A DNA stretch of 64,000 bases, taken from contig NZ_CP048795.1 in the NCBI RefSeq assembly GCF_011006175.1, positions 1,168,491-1,232,490 on the forward strand, read 5' to 3'. Under the pieces are notes generated by a model, which saw only the letters and a program-made list of their open reading frames with translations, was not told the DNA's origin and ran no database searches. The translations under genes and the position numbers were made by a program. Origin of the DNA: Pampinifervens florentissimum. GTDB lineage: Bacteria > Aquificota > Aquificia > Aquificales > Aquificaceae. The first letter of the stretch is position 1, and each line of letters opens with the position of its first letter. Below, one piece after another: positions 18,932 to 28,113 of the stretch.

Positions 18932-19693
18932 ATGAAAAATGTTATCTTCAACACTCCAGACCACAAGGTGGTCTTCTTTGAAGAGCTAACCCCTGCTTCT
19001 GCGGTGCAGGCAAACCAAGTGCTTATCATTCATAAGGGCGAAGGCATGCTCCTTGACCCAGGAGGTCATAAGGTTTTCTCCAAGCTCCTTTCAGACCTCT
19101 CGCTCTACATACCACCCAACCAGATAAAGTATATATTCCTCTCTCACCAAGACCCCGACATAGTAGCCTCTATAAACGGCTGGCTTATGACTACAAGGGC
19201 GGTCGCTTACATTTCCAAACTCTGGATGAGGTTCTTGCCACACTTTGGGTTGGACTCTCAGCTTGAAGATAGGGTCTTCCCCATAGACGATGGTGGAACG
19301 GTGTTAACTCTTGGTGGAGACTGCAAGCTATACATCCTGCCAGCACACTTTATGCATTCTCCGGGCAACTTTCAGGTATACGACCCATGCTCTAAAATAC
19401 TCTTTTCTGGAGACCTTGGAGCATCCCTTGGGCAGGACTACTTTGTGGTGGAGGATTTTGATAAGCACATAAAGTATATGGAAGGCTTCCACAGGAGATA
19501 TATTGCAAGCAGTAAGATACTACGCTTTTGGGCAAATATGGTGCGTCAGCTTGATATTGAGATGATAGTGCCACAGCATGGTGCTATATTCAAAGGTAAA
19601 GACATGGTAAACCGATTTATAGAATGGGTAGAAAACCTTGAGGTGGGTGTTGACCTAATGACTCAGGAGAGATATCAAGTGCCCACTGGCTAA
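18932..19693 (+). CDS. Metallo-beta-lactamase-fold protein with a non-canonical metal motif
   Basis: 253 aa. LSHQDPD sits where the HxHxDH motif is expected. Later His/Asp (HFMHSPG, GDLG, PQHG) fit the MBL topology. Confidence 0.5.
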   Translation: MKNVIFNTPDHKVVFFEELTPASAVQANQVLIIHKGEGMLLDPGGHKVFSKLLSDLSLYIPPNQIKYIFLSHQDPDIVASINGWLMTTRAVAYISKLWMRFLPHFGLDSQLEDRVFPIDDGGTVLTLGGDCKLYILPAHFMHSPGNFQVYDPCSKILFSGDLGASLGQDYFVVEDFDKHIKYMEGFHRRYIASSKILRFWANMVRQLDIEMIVPQHGAIFKGKDMVNRFIEWVENLEVGVDLMTQERYQVPTG

Positions 19694-19797
19694 AAAAGTT
19701 CAGAGTTTCTTGAGTTTTGGTGCTGGTATGGGCTTGCTTTTATAGTTCAAGGTTTTAAAGGCTTGCAATAGAAGGCACATAGCTTTATAACCTATAG

Positions 19798-22700
19798 GTG
19801 GTCATGAGAGACTTTGTCCATTTGCATCTTCATACACAGTATTCTCTTTTGGATGGTGCTATAAAGATAAAGGACTTGGTAAAGAGGGCAAAGGAGCTGG
19901 GCTATAAGGCAGTTGCCATAACAGACCATGGAAACCTCTTTGGCATTTTGGACTTTTACAAAAGCATGAAGTCTGTGGACATAAAGCCTTTGATAGGTAT
20001 GGAAGCTTACTTTACCACCGGCTCTCGCTTTGACAGAAAGGGTAAGGGTTCAGAGGATAACATCACAGACCGCTACAACCACCACCTTATACTTATTGCA
20101 AAGGATGACAAGGGTCTTAAAAACCTTATGAAACTCTCTACACTTTCTTATAAGGAAGGCTTTTATTACAAGCCAAGAATAGACTACGAGCTTCTCAGTC
20201 AATATAACGAAGGGCTAATAGCCATAACCGCATGTCTGAAGGGAGTTCCCACATACTACGCAAGCATTGGTGAAAGAGAAAAAGCTCAAGAGTGGGTCAA
20301 AAAGTTCCTTGACCTCTTTGGTGAAGACCTATACCTTGAGCTTCAATCTAACTCTTTGCCAGAGCAGGAAACTGCCAACAGAACTCTAATAGAAATAGCT
20401 AAAAGGCTTGGTGTAAAGCTAATTGCCACTAATGACTCACACTACCTTATGCCAGAAGACAGGCTTGCCCATCAGGTGCTCATGGCGATACAGATGAAAA
20501 AGACCCTTACAGAGATTCAACAGGGTAATGGTTTTAAATGTGCCAACGATGGGCTTCATTTTGCCAGTCCTGAAGAGGTTTGGGAAAAGTTTCGTGGAAA
20601 GTTTGAAGGGTGGGAGACCGCACTTTCAAACACCCTTGAGGTGGCAGAAAAGACCGCAGATAGCTTTCAACTTTTGGAAGGTGGTTCATATCTTATGCCA
20701 CATTTTCCCACAGAGGGAGTGCCTCTTGGAGATTTTCTCAAAGAGCTTGCCATAAAGGGTCTAAGACAGAGAATTTCACAGGGTCTGGCAAAGGATAGTA
20801 AAGAATACTGGGATAGGCTTGAGTTTGAGCTTAATGTGGTTTCTCGTATGGGCTTTGAAGGATACTTCCTTATAGTCCAAGACTTTATAAACTGGGCAAA
20901 GTCTCAAGGTGTCCCTGTGGGTCCGGGTAGAGGTTCTGCGGCAGGTTCTCTCCTTGCCTTTGCCTTAGGTATAACGGACGTAGACCCCATAAGGCATGGG
21001 CTTTTGTTTGAGAGGTTTCTAAACCCCGAGAGGGTCTCCATGCCAGATATTGACGTGGACTTTTGCATGGAAAACAGGGACAGGGTCATAGAGTATGTGA
21101 AAAACAAGTATGGCTCTGAAAACGTGGCACAGATAATCACCTACAATGTAATGAAGGCAAAACAAACCCTTAGGGACACCGCTCGCGCTCTTGGAATACC
21201 CTATCAGACCGCAGACACCTTAGCCAAACTTATACCACAGGGTGATGTGCAAGGCACATGGCTCTCTTTGGAAGAGATGTTTTTAACTCCCATAGAGGAG
21301 CTTTTGAACAAATACGGAAGGCACAGAACAGATATAGAGGAAAACGCAGGAAAATTCAGAAAGCTCTGCGAAGAGAACCCAGAACTAAAAAGCCTTGTGG
21401 AGATAGCCCTTAGGCTTGAGGGTCTTACAAGGCATACTTCCTTGCATGCAGCGGGTGTGGTGATAGCACCCAAGCCCCTTGAGGAGCTCCTGCCCCTTTA
21501 CTATGACAAAGAGGGTGCTATTGCAACCCAGTTTGATATGGCAAAGTTGGAAGAGATAGGTCTTATAAAGATGGACTTTTTGGGTCTTAAGACCCTCACA
21601 GAACTTCAGAGGGTAAGGGAGCTCATCAAAGAAAGGCACGGTGTGGATATAAACTACCTAAGCCTACCCCTTGATGACCCAGCTGTCTTTGAGCTTTTGA
21701 GAGAAGGAAACACTACGGGAGTCTTTCAGTTAGAAAGCAGTGGCATGAAGAACCTACTCAAAAGACTTGCACCAGACAGCTTTGATGACATAGTGGCGGT
21801 GCTTGCCCTTTATAGACCTGGACCTCTAAAAAGCGGTCTTGTGGATAGTTATATAAACAGAAAGCATGGAAAGGAAAAAGTGGAATATCCCTTCCCCGAG
21901 CTTGAGCCAGTCCTAAAAGAAACCTATGGTGTGTGGGTCTATCAAGAGCAGATAATGAAAGCCTCGCAGATACTCGCAGGGTTTACACCAGGTGAAGCGG
22001 ATACACTAAGAAAAGCCATAGGTAAGAAAAAGGCAGACCTAATGGCTCAGATGAAGGAAAAGTTCATAAAGGGTGCAGTGGAAAGAGGATACGATGAGGG
22101 AAAGATAACTCAGCTATGGGAAGACATAGAGAAGTTTGCCAGCTATTCCTTTAATAAATCTCACTCTGTGGCTTATGGATATCTCTCTTACTGGACCGCC
22201 TTTCTGAAGGCACACTATCCAGAGGAGTTTTTCTGCGTAAAGCTGTCTACCGAAAAGAACGACAAGAAGTTTATAAATCTCCTAAAGGATGCAAAAAACG
22301 AAGGCTTTAGGATATTGCCACCAGATATAAACAAGAGCGGTGTGGACTTTGTGATAGAAGGTGAAAAGACCATAAGGTTTGGTCTTGCGAGGATAAAGGG
22401 TGTGGGCGAAGATACCGCAAGACTAATAGTAGAAAGCAGAAAAAGAGCGTGGACTTCTCTTGGAGACTTTGTAAGAACGGTGGATAGCAAGAAGGTAAAC
22501 AAAAAGACCCTTGAAGCACTCATAAAGGCGGGAGCTTTTGACTCCTTTGGAGAAAAAAGAGGAGAACTGCTCCAAAGACTTGAGGGAAGCTCTGCATTGC
22601 TTGGTAAAGGTCTTTTTGCCACAAGGGAAGAGAAAAGAGAAGAGGACTACTCTAAGTATGAAAAGGAAGTGCTTGGCTTTTATGTATCCTCTCATCCTCT

Positions 22701-23268
22701 TGACCCCTATGAACATCTCCTCAAGAATAAGGTTTCTAATCTTGAGGTCCTTGAAGAGGCAGAGGGAGGAACATACACCTTTGCGGGTGTTATAACAGAC
22801 CTTAAGACAAAAAAGACCCAAAAGGGCAACCAAGTTGCCTTGTTTAACCTCGTAGACAAGACGGGCATAGCACAGGTCTTTGTCTTTCCAGAAACTTATT
22901 CACAGAATAGTGAGAAGATAAAAGAGGACAAGGTAATAGTGGGTAAGTTTGAAGTGGATATAGACCAAGAAACAGAGGAGATAAAACTTCTTCTGAGAGA
23001 AGTATACACGCCAGAGGAATTCCTAAGGAGCGAAGACATGAAAATAAGGCTGGTCTTTCTCAGAGAGCTACAAGAAGAGGCACTACTAAGACTAAGAGAG
23101 CTTATAAGAGAATGTGAAGACCCAGAGGGCAAAGAACTTACCCTTGAACTAAGGATAAACGGCTATAGAACCATACTCCACGCAGACCCAAGAATAAAGG
23201 TGGGAACAAACATCGTAAAACTAAGGGAAAAACTAAGGGAGATGGGAATAAACTTAGAAATCTCCTAA
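19798..23268 (+). CDS. dnaE: DNA polymerase III alpha subunit
   Basis: 1156 aa. PHP domain (HLHLHTQYSLLDGA, ITDHGNLFG), polymerase core, OB fold. Confidence 0.95.
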   Translation: MVMRDFVHLHLHTQYSLLDGAIKIKDLVKRAKELGYKAVAITDHGNLFGILDFYKSMKSVDIKPLIGMEAYFTTGSRFDRKGKGSEDNITDRYNHHLILIAKDDKGLKNLMKLSTLSYKEGFYYKPRIDYELLSQYNEGLIAITACLKGVPTYYASIGEREKAQEWVKKFLDLFGEDLYLELQSNSLPEQETANRTLIEIAKRLGVKLIATNDSHYLMPEDRLAHQVLMAIQMKKTLTEIQQGNGFKCANDGLHFASPEEVWEKFRGKFEGWETALSNTLEVAEKTADSFQLLEGGSYLMPHFPTEGVPLGDFLKELAIKGLRQRISQGLAKDSKEYWDRLEFELNVVSRMGFEGYFLIVQDFINWAKSQGVPVGPGRGSAAGSLLAFALGITDVDPIRHGLLFERFLNPERVSMPDIDVDFCMENRDRVIEYVKNKYGSENVAQIITYNVMKAKQTLRDTARALGIPYQTADTLAKLIPQGDVQGTWLSLEEMFLTPIEELLNKYGRHRTDIEENAGKFRKLCEENPELKSLVEIALRLEGLTRHTSLHAAGVVIAPKPLEELLPLYYDKEGAIATQFDMAKLEEIGLIKMDFLGLKTLTELQRVRELIKERHGVDINYLSLPLDDPAVFELLREGNTTGVFQLESSGMKNLLKRLAPDSFDDIVAVLALYRPGPLKSGLVDSYINRKHGKEKVEYPFPELEPVLKETYGVWVYQEQIMKASQILAGFTPGEADTLRKAIGKKKADLMAQMKEKFIKGAVERGYDEGKITQLWEDIEKFASYSFNKSHSVAYGYLSYWTAFLKAHYPEEFFCVKLSTEKNDKKFINLLKDAKNEGFRILPPDINKSGVDFVIEGEKTIRFGLARIKGVGEDTARLIVESRKRAWTSLGDFVRTVDSKKVNKKTLEALIKAGAFDSFGEKRGELLQRLEGSSALLGKGLFATREEKREEDYSKYEKEVLGFYVSSHPLDPYEHLLKNKVSNLEVLEEAEGGTYTFAGVITDLKTKKTQKGNQVALFNLVDKTGIAQVFVFPETYSQNSEKIKEDKVIVGKFEVDIDQETEEIKLLLREVYTPEEFLRSEDMKIRLVFLRELQEEALLRLRELIRECEDPEGKELTLELRINGYRTILHADPRIKVGTNIVKLREKLREMGINLEIS

Positions 23269-23616
23269 TATTGGAAAGATAGGATACTCTTTTATATCTC
23301 CACCAGCCTCTAAAATTTGTAAGTGTTTGATTACATGCTCAAGTAGATAGGCTATGTCTATACCTCTAAAGCTCTCCCTACAAGGTTGAAGCTGGTGGTA
23401 AACCATCTTTAGAACTCTTATACAGCTTTCTCTCCTTCCACATATATAATGGTTGTAAGCAATGGCAAGCCTTATTAGCCCTTGGTAGCAGTTTCGTGAA
23501 AACTTATCTTCCTTTGGGAAAAGCCTCCATATATCCTCAAGCACTTCGTGAGCGGAGTAAAAATCTCCCTTGTCCCATAGGCTTTTTACTTTCCTCAGAA
23601 GGTCTCTCTCGCTCAA
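23254..23616 (-). CDS. DUF309 domain protein
   Basis: GDFYSAHEVLEDIWR matches the DUF309 core (F.EAHEvlE.lW). 120 aa. Confidence 0.6.
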   Translation of the reverse strand: MSERDLLRKVKSLWDKGDFYSAHEVLEDIWRLFPKEDKFSRNCYQGLIRLAIAYNHYICGRRESCIRVLKMVYHQLQPCRESFRGIDIAYLLEHVIKHLQILEAGGDIKEYPIFPILGDF

Positions 23617-23903
23617 GTTTTCAGCCCTATGGCAAAGCCCACTGCAAAACTGCCAGCGAAAGCCAACTTTCTTATAAGTCCATGCACAAAGGCAGTAAAG
23701 CCTTCAAACATACCCTTAAACAATGCAAATAACTGCTCCCATTCAACTGTGATTATACCCTTGCTGGCAAGCCACATGAGAGACAAAATATAAAGACCAA
23801 GCAGGAGGAGAAAGAAGTTAAGCACTCTCCTTACTGCAAAGCCCACCACAAAGCCTGCAAAACCCGCATAGCCCATATCAAAAATAAGCTCACTCCAATT
23901 CAT
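23613..23903 (-). CDS. FUN14-family small membrane protein
   Basis: 96 aa with two G-rich hydrophobic segments (GYAGFAGFVVGFAV…, AFAGSFAVGFAIGL). Confidence 0.45.
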   Translation of the reverse strand: MNWSELIFDMGYAGFAGFVVGFAVRRVLNFFLLLLGLYILSLMWLASKGIITVEWEQLFALFKGMFEGFTAFVHGLIRKLAFAGSFAVGFAIGLKT

Positions 23904-25015
23904 TGATACCTAAAAACGCTTGGGTTTAGCACATCTGGATAGTTAGTGGTCATTTCATAGTCAAAGAGCTGTTTTCTTATTCTCTGAAGGTCTGACCTGT
24001 TTGGCTTGAAGGGATAACTCTTTATGTCGCTCACAGAGCTGTCTCCAAAAGGTCTGTTGCAGGCAACCTCTGTGGTCTTGCCTCTACAACCTGAGGTCAT
24101 AAAGGGTCTTCCGCTCCAGAAGAGCTCCTCAAAGGTGTCCTTGTCTATGCCAAAGTCTATCACTTGACCCTTTTCGTTAAACTTCATATCTTCATAGCGA
24201 GCTATCTGATTATCTATGAGATATCTGGCAAACTGCACTCTTCTGTATTGAGGTGCAGGGCAGGGTTTTTCCTTTTCCATCATGGACCCTTCCTCTGGCC
24301 AGAAGGAAAAGAGGTGTGTCCTTGCTCCAAGGTCTCTCACTTTCTGTATGGTTTCTATCATCTCCTGCTCTGTTTCACCAAGACCCACCACAAGATGACA
24401 TCCTGCGTATCCATCCCCCATAACATCACAGGCCCATTCAAGGACCTTCCAGAAGGTTTCCCATCTGTGAGGGCTGTTCATGGGTCTTCCACGGAGCTTT
24501 TCAAAAACCTCTGGTGTCCCGCAGTCTATAGCAACGGTGACCGTGTCCGCACCAAGTTTTTTATAATCTTCCATGTCCTCGTAGGTTGTCCCTGTTGCGT
24601 TTATAAGCAAAGAGACAAAAATCTGGTCTCCAAGCTCAGAAAGCACCCTCTTGAGCACATACTTGGTATCCCTTATAGCTCTTGGATGGGTTATCTGGGC
24701 TATGCAGAGCCTTTCCACATGTCCTACCTTTTTAGTCCTTTCTATTATATCGTCAAGCTTTACTGTAGGCCACTCAACCCTTATAAAGTTCTTCTTTGAA
24801 TATTCCATCTCCCTTGCCTTTTGAAGACCGCAGTAGGCACAGGTGGCATGACAACCAGAGGGGTACGTAAGAAGAGTATTTATACAGCTCAATCTTGTAT
24901 TTCTATAAAACTGACCGGGCACTATGCCAAGGGTCATAGCCGCAGCCATGCTTATCTGAAGGTATTCTGGGCTCTCCTTTTGTTCTGTGAGCCTCTCTAA
25001 AACCAACCTGTCCAT
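23900..25015 (-). CDS. Radical SAM protein (BioB/ThiH/HydE-like superfamily), distinct from bioB
   Basis: CHATCAYC (CxxxCxxC), GLGETEQE 'BioB-like' motif, C-terminal Cys-rich region (SGCRGKTTEVACNRPFG). 371 aa. Confidence 0.55.
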   Translation of the reverse strand: MDRLVLERLTEQKESPEYLQISMAAAMTLGIVPGQFYRNTRLSCINTLLTYPSGCHATCAYCGLQKAREMEYSKKNFIRVEWPTVKLDDIIERTKKVGHVERLCIAQITHPRAIRDTKYVLKRVLSELGDQIFVSLLINATGTTYEDMEDYKKLGADTVTVAIDCGTPEVFEKLRGRPMNSPHRWETFWKVLEWACDVMGDGYAGCHLVVGLGETEQEMIETIQKVRDLGARTHLFSFWPEEGSMMEKEKPCPAPQYRRVQFARYLIDNQIARYEDMKFNEKGQVIDFGIDKDTFEELFWSGRPFMTSGCRGKTTEVACNRPFGDSSVSDIKSYPFKPNRSDLQRIRKQLFDYEMTTNYPDVLNPSVFRYQ

Positions 25016-25089
25016 CCTTACACCTCCAGAGAGTTATTATAAGCCTTCCTACGAAGGCACTTTTAACAATTTCTTATAGTCTTATAAGC

Positions 25090-25512
25090 TCATCTTTTTC
25101 CTCTTCTCTCCAGCACAATCCTTGAAACTTCTGCCGCCTTTTGAGGGTCCATAGCTTCCAATATGGCGGCCGCCTGTCTTTCTTTTAGATTAAGTAAAAT
25201 CTCCGCAGCGAGGCTTGGTTCAAGGTTGTTCATAATAGCACCTGCTTCGTCAGGAGATGCTTTATTGAATATATCCACAAGTTTTTGGACTTCAGGTCTC
25301 TGTTCCTCTTTTGGCTTTGATGTCTTTTTTAGTTCTTCAAGCCTTTTACGCTCCTCTTCTATCTTTTTTAGTTTTTCTTCAAGGTCTTTTGAAATGGAGC
25401 TGATCTCCTCCTTCGCCTTCCTCTCTCTGTCTTCTCTAAGTTTCTTTTGAAGGGCAGATTGAGAGAGTGCAATACTAAAAACCAGAAGCAGAAGAATTAC
25501 ACTCCTAAGCAT
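25090..25512 (-). CDS. MgtE_N-domain protein, flagellar FlbB/YlxF (MotE)-like, with signal peptide and coiled coil
   Basis: PDEAGAIMNNLEPSLAAEILLNLKERQAAAILEAMDPQKAAEV matches the MgtE N-terminal-type domain. Immediately downstream of the fliJ-like gene, as in fliJ-ylxF arrangements. Confidence 0.5.
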   Translation of the reverse strand: MLRSVILLLLVFSIALSQSALQKKLREDRERKAKEEISSISKDLEEKLKKIEEERKRLEELKKTSKPKEEQRPEVQKLVDIFNKASPDEAGAIMNNLEPSLAAEILLNLKERQAAAILEAMDPQKAAEVSRIVLERRGKR

Positions 25513-25936
25513 CTCTCCATCTCCGCCTTATGAGATGCATAAAGCCCATCCTCTGAAATTCAATATTTAGGTTCTTTATAGTGTTTTCCCTTTCTTTGTT
25601 TATCCTTAATATCTCAAGAGCCTTCAGGTCTCTGTATGCTTCTTTTAACCTCTCTCTTTTTTCTATCCTCAAAAGCTCCAATTGACGAATTCTTTCCGTT
25701 AGCTCTTTCTTTTTTGCCATAAGGGCTTTGTACCGAATAAGAAGACTCTGAGAAAAGGAAACCTTTAGCTCCTCATTTATGCTTTCCGCTTGAAGGTCTA
25801 AAAGCCTTACTTCTTCTTTTAGTGCGTCAATTTGCATATCCAGCTCTTTTAATTCCCTTGCCCGTGCTTCCTTTATACCTTCCTTTAGCTTTATTATCCT
25901 CTTTAGAGACATGTTAAAATTATAAATTGATGACAT
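25505..25936 (-). CDS. fliJ: Flagellar export chaperone FliJ-like coiled-coil protein (start trimmed to Met-63 of the ORF-track model)
   Basis: 144-aa all-coiled-coil protein. The longer ORF would overlap divergent comM by 170 nt. Confidence 0.45.
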   Translation of the reverse strand: MSSIYNFNMSLKRIIKLKEGIKEARARELKELDMQIDALKEEVRLLDLQAESINEELKVSFSQSLLIRYKALMAKKKELTERIRQLELLRIEKRERLKEAYRDLKALEILRINKERENTIKNLNIEFQRMGFMHLIRRRWRDA

Positions 25937-25948
25937 GATGGAGAGAAA

Positions 25949-27475
25949 ATGTTCTGTCGTGTAAAAAGTGGTGGGATTCTGGGAATAGAGGGTTTTGAAG
26001 TAGATGTAGAGGTAGATATTGCCAACGGATTGCCACAGTTTTCTATCGTAGGTCTTGGAGACAAAGCCATAAACGAAGCACGGGAAAGAGTAAGGTCTGC
26101 ACTCAAAAACATTGGCTTTCAACTACCTGTAAAAAGGATAACTGTAAACCTCTCACCCTCACATCTCAAAAAGCAAGGAACACACTATGACCTACCTATA
26201 GCCTTGGGTATCCTCAAGCTCTCAACAGGTATAGATTTTCCCGAAAACCATGTGGTTCTTGGTGAGCTGTCTCTTGATGGTAAGATAAACCCAGTTAAGG
26301 GTGTCCTGCCGATAGTTCTCTCTCTAAGAGATCTTGGCTACAAAAGGTTTATTGTTCCAGAAGGCAATGCAAAGGAGGCCGGTCTTGTCAAAGATGTAGA
26401 AGTTTATGGTTTTGAGAGCCTAAGGGATGTGTTGGATTTTTTCAGTGGGAGCCTTTCAAAAAAGCCAGTGGAGGTGAACTTAGAGGAGGTCTTTGAACAA
26501 AACCTTTCCTTTGATGTGGACTTTAGCGAGGTTTATGGTCAGCATCAGGCAAAAAGGGCTATGGAAATATCCGCAGCAGGATTCCATCCTATTCTCTTAG
26601 TGGGTCCGCCTGGTGCTGGCAAAAGCATGCTTGCCAAAAGGCTCATTACCATTATGCCACCCTTGACCTTTGAGGAAGCAGTGGAGATAACGCGTATATA
26701 CAGCGTTGCAGGTCTCTTGAGCGAGGACAAACCCCTTATAACAAAAAGACCCTTCAGAAACCCTCTAACAAACGCCTCAGATTCTGCTCTTGTAGGTGGT
26801 GGCACAGTGCCACAGCCCGGTGAAATATCCTTAGCACACAGGGGAGTGCTTTTCCTTGATGAGTTTCCAGAATTCAGCAGAAAGGCTATAGAGTCTCTAA
26901 GACAGCCCTTGGAAGATGGAAAGGTCACCGTGTCAAGGGTTGGTGGTAGGATAAGCTTTCCTGCGGAGTTTTTGCTGGTAGTGGCTATGAACCCCTGTGC
27001 CTGTGGCAACTACGGAAACCCATACAAAGCCTGTGTATGCACTCCCATGCAGTTAAAAGCATACCAGTCAAGGATATCTGGTCCCATAATGGATAGGATA
27101 GACCTAAAGGTTTGGGTATATCCAGTGGAAAAAGAAGACCTGCTAAAGATGTCCTCAGGCGAAAGCTCAGCACAGATTAGACAAAGGGTTATGAGAGCTG
27201 TTGAAATTCAAAGGGAGCGTTTTAAAAACAGTCCAACAAAATACAATTCACGCATGACAAACGACCAAGTTAAGAAATACTGCGAGATGACCCAAGAAGC
27301 TAAATCTCTACTTCAAAGTGCCATAGATAGACTAAACCTAACTGGCAGAGGCTATATGAAGGCACTGAAGGTGGCGAGAACCATAGCAGACCTTGAAGGA
27401 GAAGAAAAAATAGCCAGCCATCACATAGCAGAAGCTCTCCAGTATAGGATAAACGAAAAAGCACCCACTCTATGA
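25949..27475 (+). CDS. comM: Mg-chelatase-like AAA+ ATPase YifB/ComM
   Basis: N-terminal Lon-like domain, Walker A GPPGAGKSMLAKRL, sensor and arginine-finger regions. 508 aa. Confidence 0.9.
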   Translation: MFCRVKSGGILGIEGFEVDVEVDIANGLPQFSIVGLGDKAINEARERVRSALKNIGFQLPVKRITVNLSPSHLKKQGTHYDLPIALGILKLSTGIDFPENHVVLGELSLDGKINPVKGVLPIVLSLRDLGYKRFIVPEGNAKEAGLVKDVEVYGFESLRDVLDFFSGSLSKKPVEVNLEEVFEQNLSFDVDFSEVYGQHQAKRAMEISAAGFHPILLVGPPGAGKSMLAKRLITIMPPLTFEEAVEITRIYSVAGLLSEDKPLITKRPFRNPLTNASDSALVGGGTVPQPGEISLAHRGVLFLDEFPEFSRKAIESLRQPLEDGKVTVSRVGGRISFPAEFLLVVAMNPCACGNYGNPYKACVCTPMQLKAYQSRISGPIMDRIDLKVWVYPVEKEDLLKMSSGESSAQIRQRVMRAVEIQRERFKNSPTKYNSRMTNDQVKKYCEMTQEAKSLLQSAIDRLNLTGRGYMKALKVARTIADLEGEEKIASHHIAEALQYRINEKAPTL

Positions 27476-28113
27476 TATAAATCATAAAAGAATTTCACAC
27501 CCTGTTTCTAAGTATGGCTTTTTCCATAACTTTTTTAGCCCGAATTTCACAGGGAATTTCACACCCTAAGGCGGAATTTCACATCTGATACAAATCATAT
27601 TTCTAAGTATGGCTTTTTCCGTGTATTTTTAGAGGCGAATTTCACAGGTTTTTCGGTTTTTCACAGGAAAATTTCACACCCTGTGAAATTCTTTAGGGTA
27701 TGTTTCTAAATATGGCTTTTTCCAACATTTTCTAACATACACAAAAACGGAAAAATTACGGAAAAATCCATACTTAGAATGCGGACCTGTGAAATTGTGA
27801 AATTCGTCTGAAGTGCTTGATTCTCAAGGGTTTGCTACAATCGTGAAATCAAGGAATATCAAGCATTTGAAAGGGGGTGTGAAATTCTGTTTCCGCAAGT
27901 GCTTGATTCTCAAGGTTTTCCCTAAGGGGGTGTGAAATTCGCGGGGGTCTATTATTATTATTTCTAGATAGAAATAAAATAAAAGAAATAAAGAAGAATA
28001 GGAATTTCACATCCAAGCCCGTCAGTAAGAACCCGCTTGGTCTTGTTAAATAGATGGAAAAAGCCTACCACTTATCTCAGCGGGTTTCTAAACATAAAAG
28101 GTGAAAAGGGACG
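27476..28113. repeat. Non-coding repeat cluster with an AT-rich tract. Candidates are oriC-like, iteron or operator array; no ORF.
   Basis: 12 or more GAATTTCACA/TGTGAAATTC motifs in both orientations. Four copies of the 37-bp composite AATTTCACA-N5-TTCTAAGTATGGCTTTTTCC, one inverted at 27752-27790. Two copies of a 40-bp unit (27811-27829/27874-27888 and 27897-27915/27926-27940). 27947-28001 is AT-rich. Confidence 0.7.

Noticed and set aside
20528-23132. Internal and antisense ORFs within dnaE (e.g. 20528-20755 +, 20904-21140 -, 22215-22622 -, 22423-22833 -)
   Set aside because: Fully contained in the DnaE frame, with shadow-ORF composition.
25937-26122. N-terminal 62 aa of the 205-aa minus-strand ORF (fliJ-like)
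   Set aside because: It would overlap divergent comM by ~170 nt and is Cys/aromatic-rich, unlike the coiled-coil remainder. Start moved to the internal Met at 25936.
27476-28113. Repeat cluster considered as a second CRISPR array
   Set aside because: Motifs occur in both orientations, at irregular spacing, with no uniform repeat-spacer periodicity and no terminal-repeat degeneration pattern.
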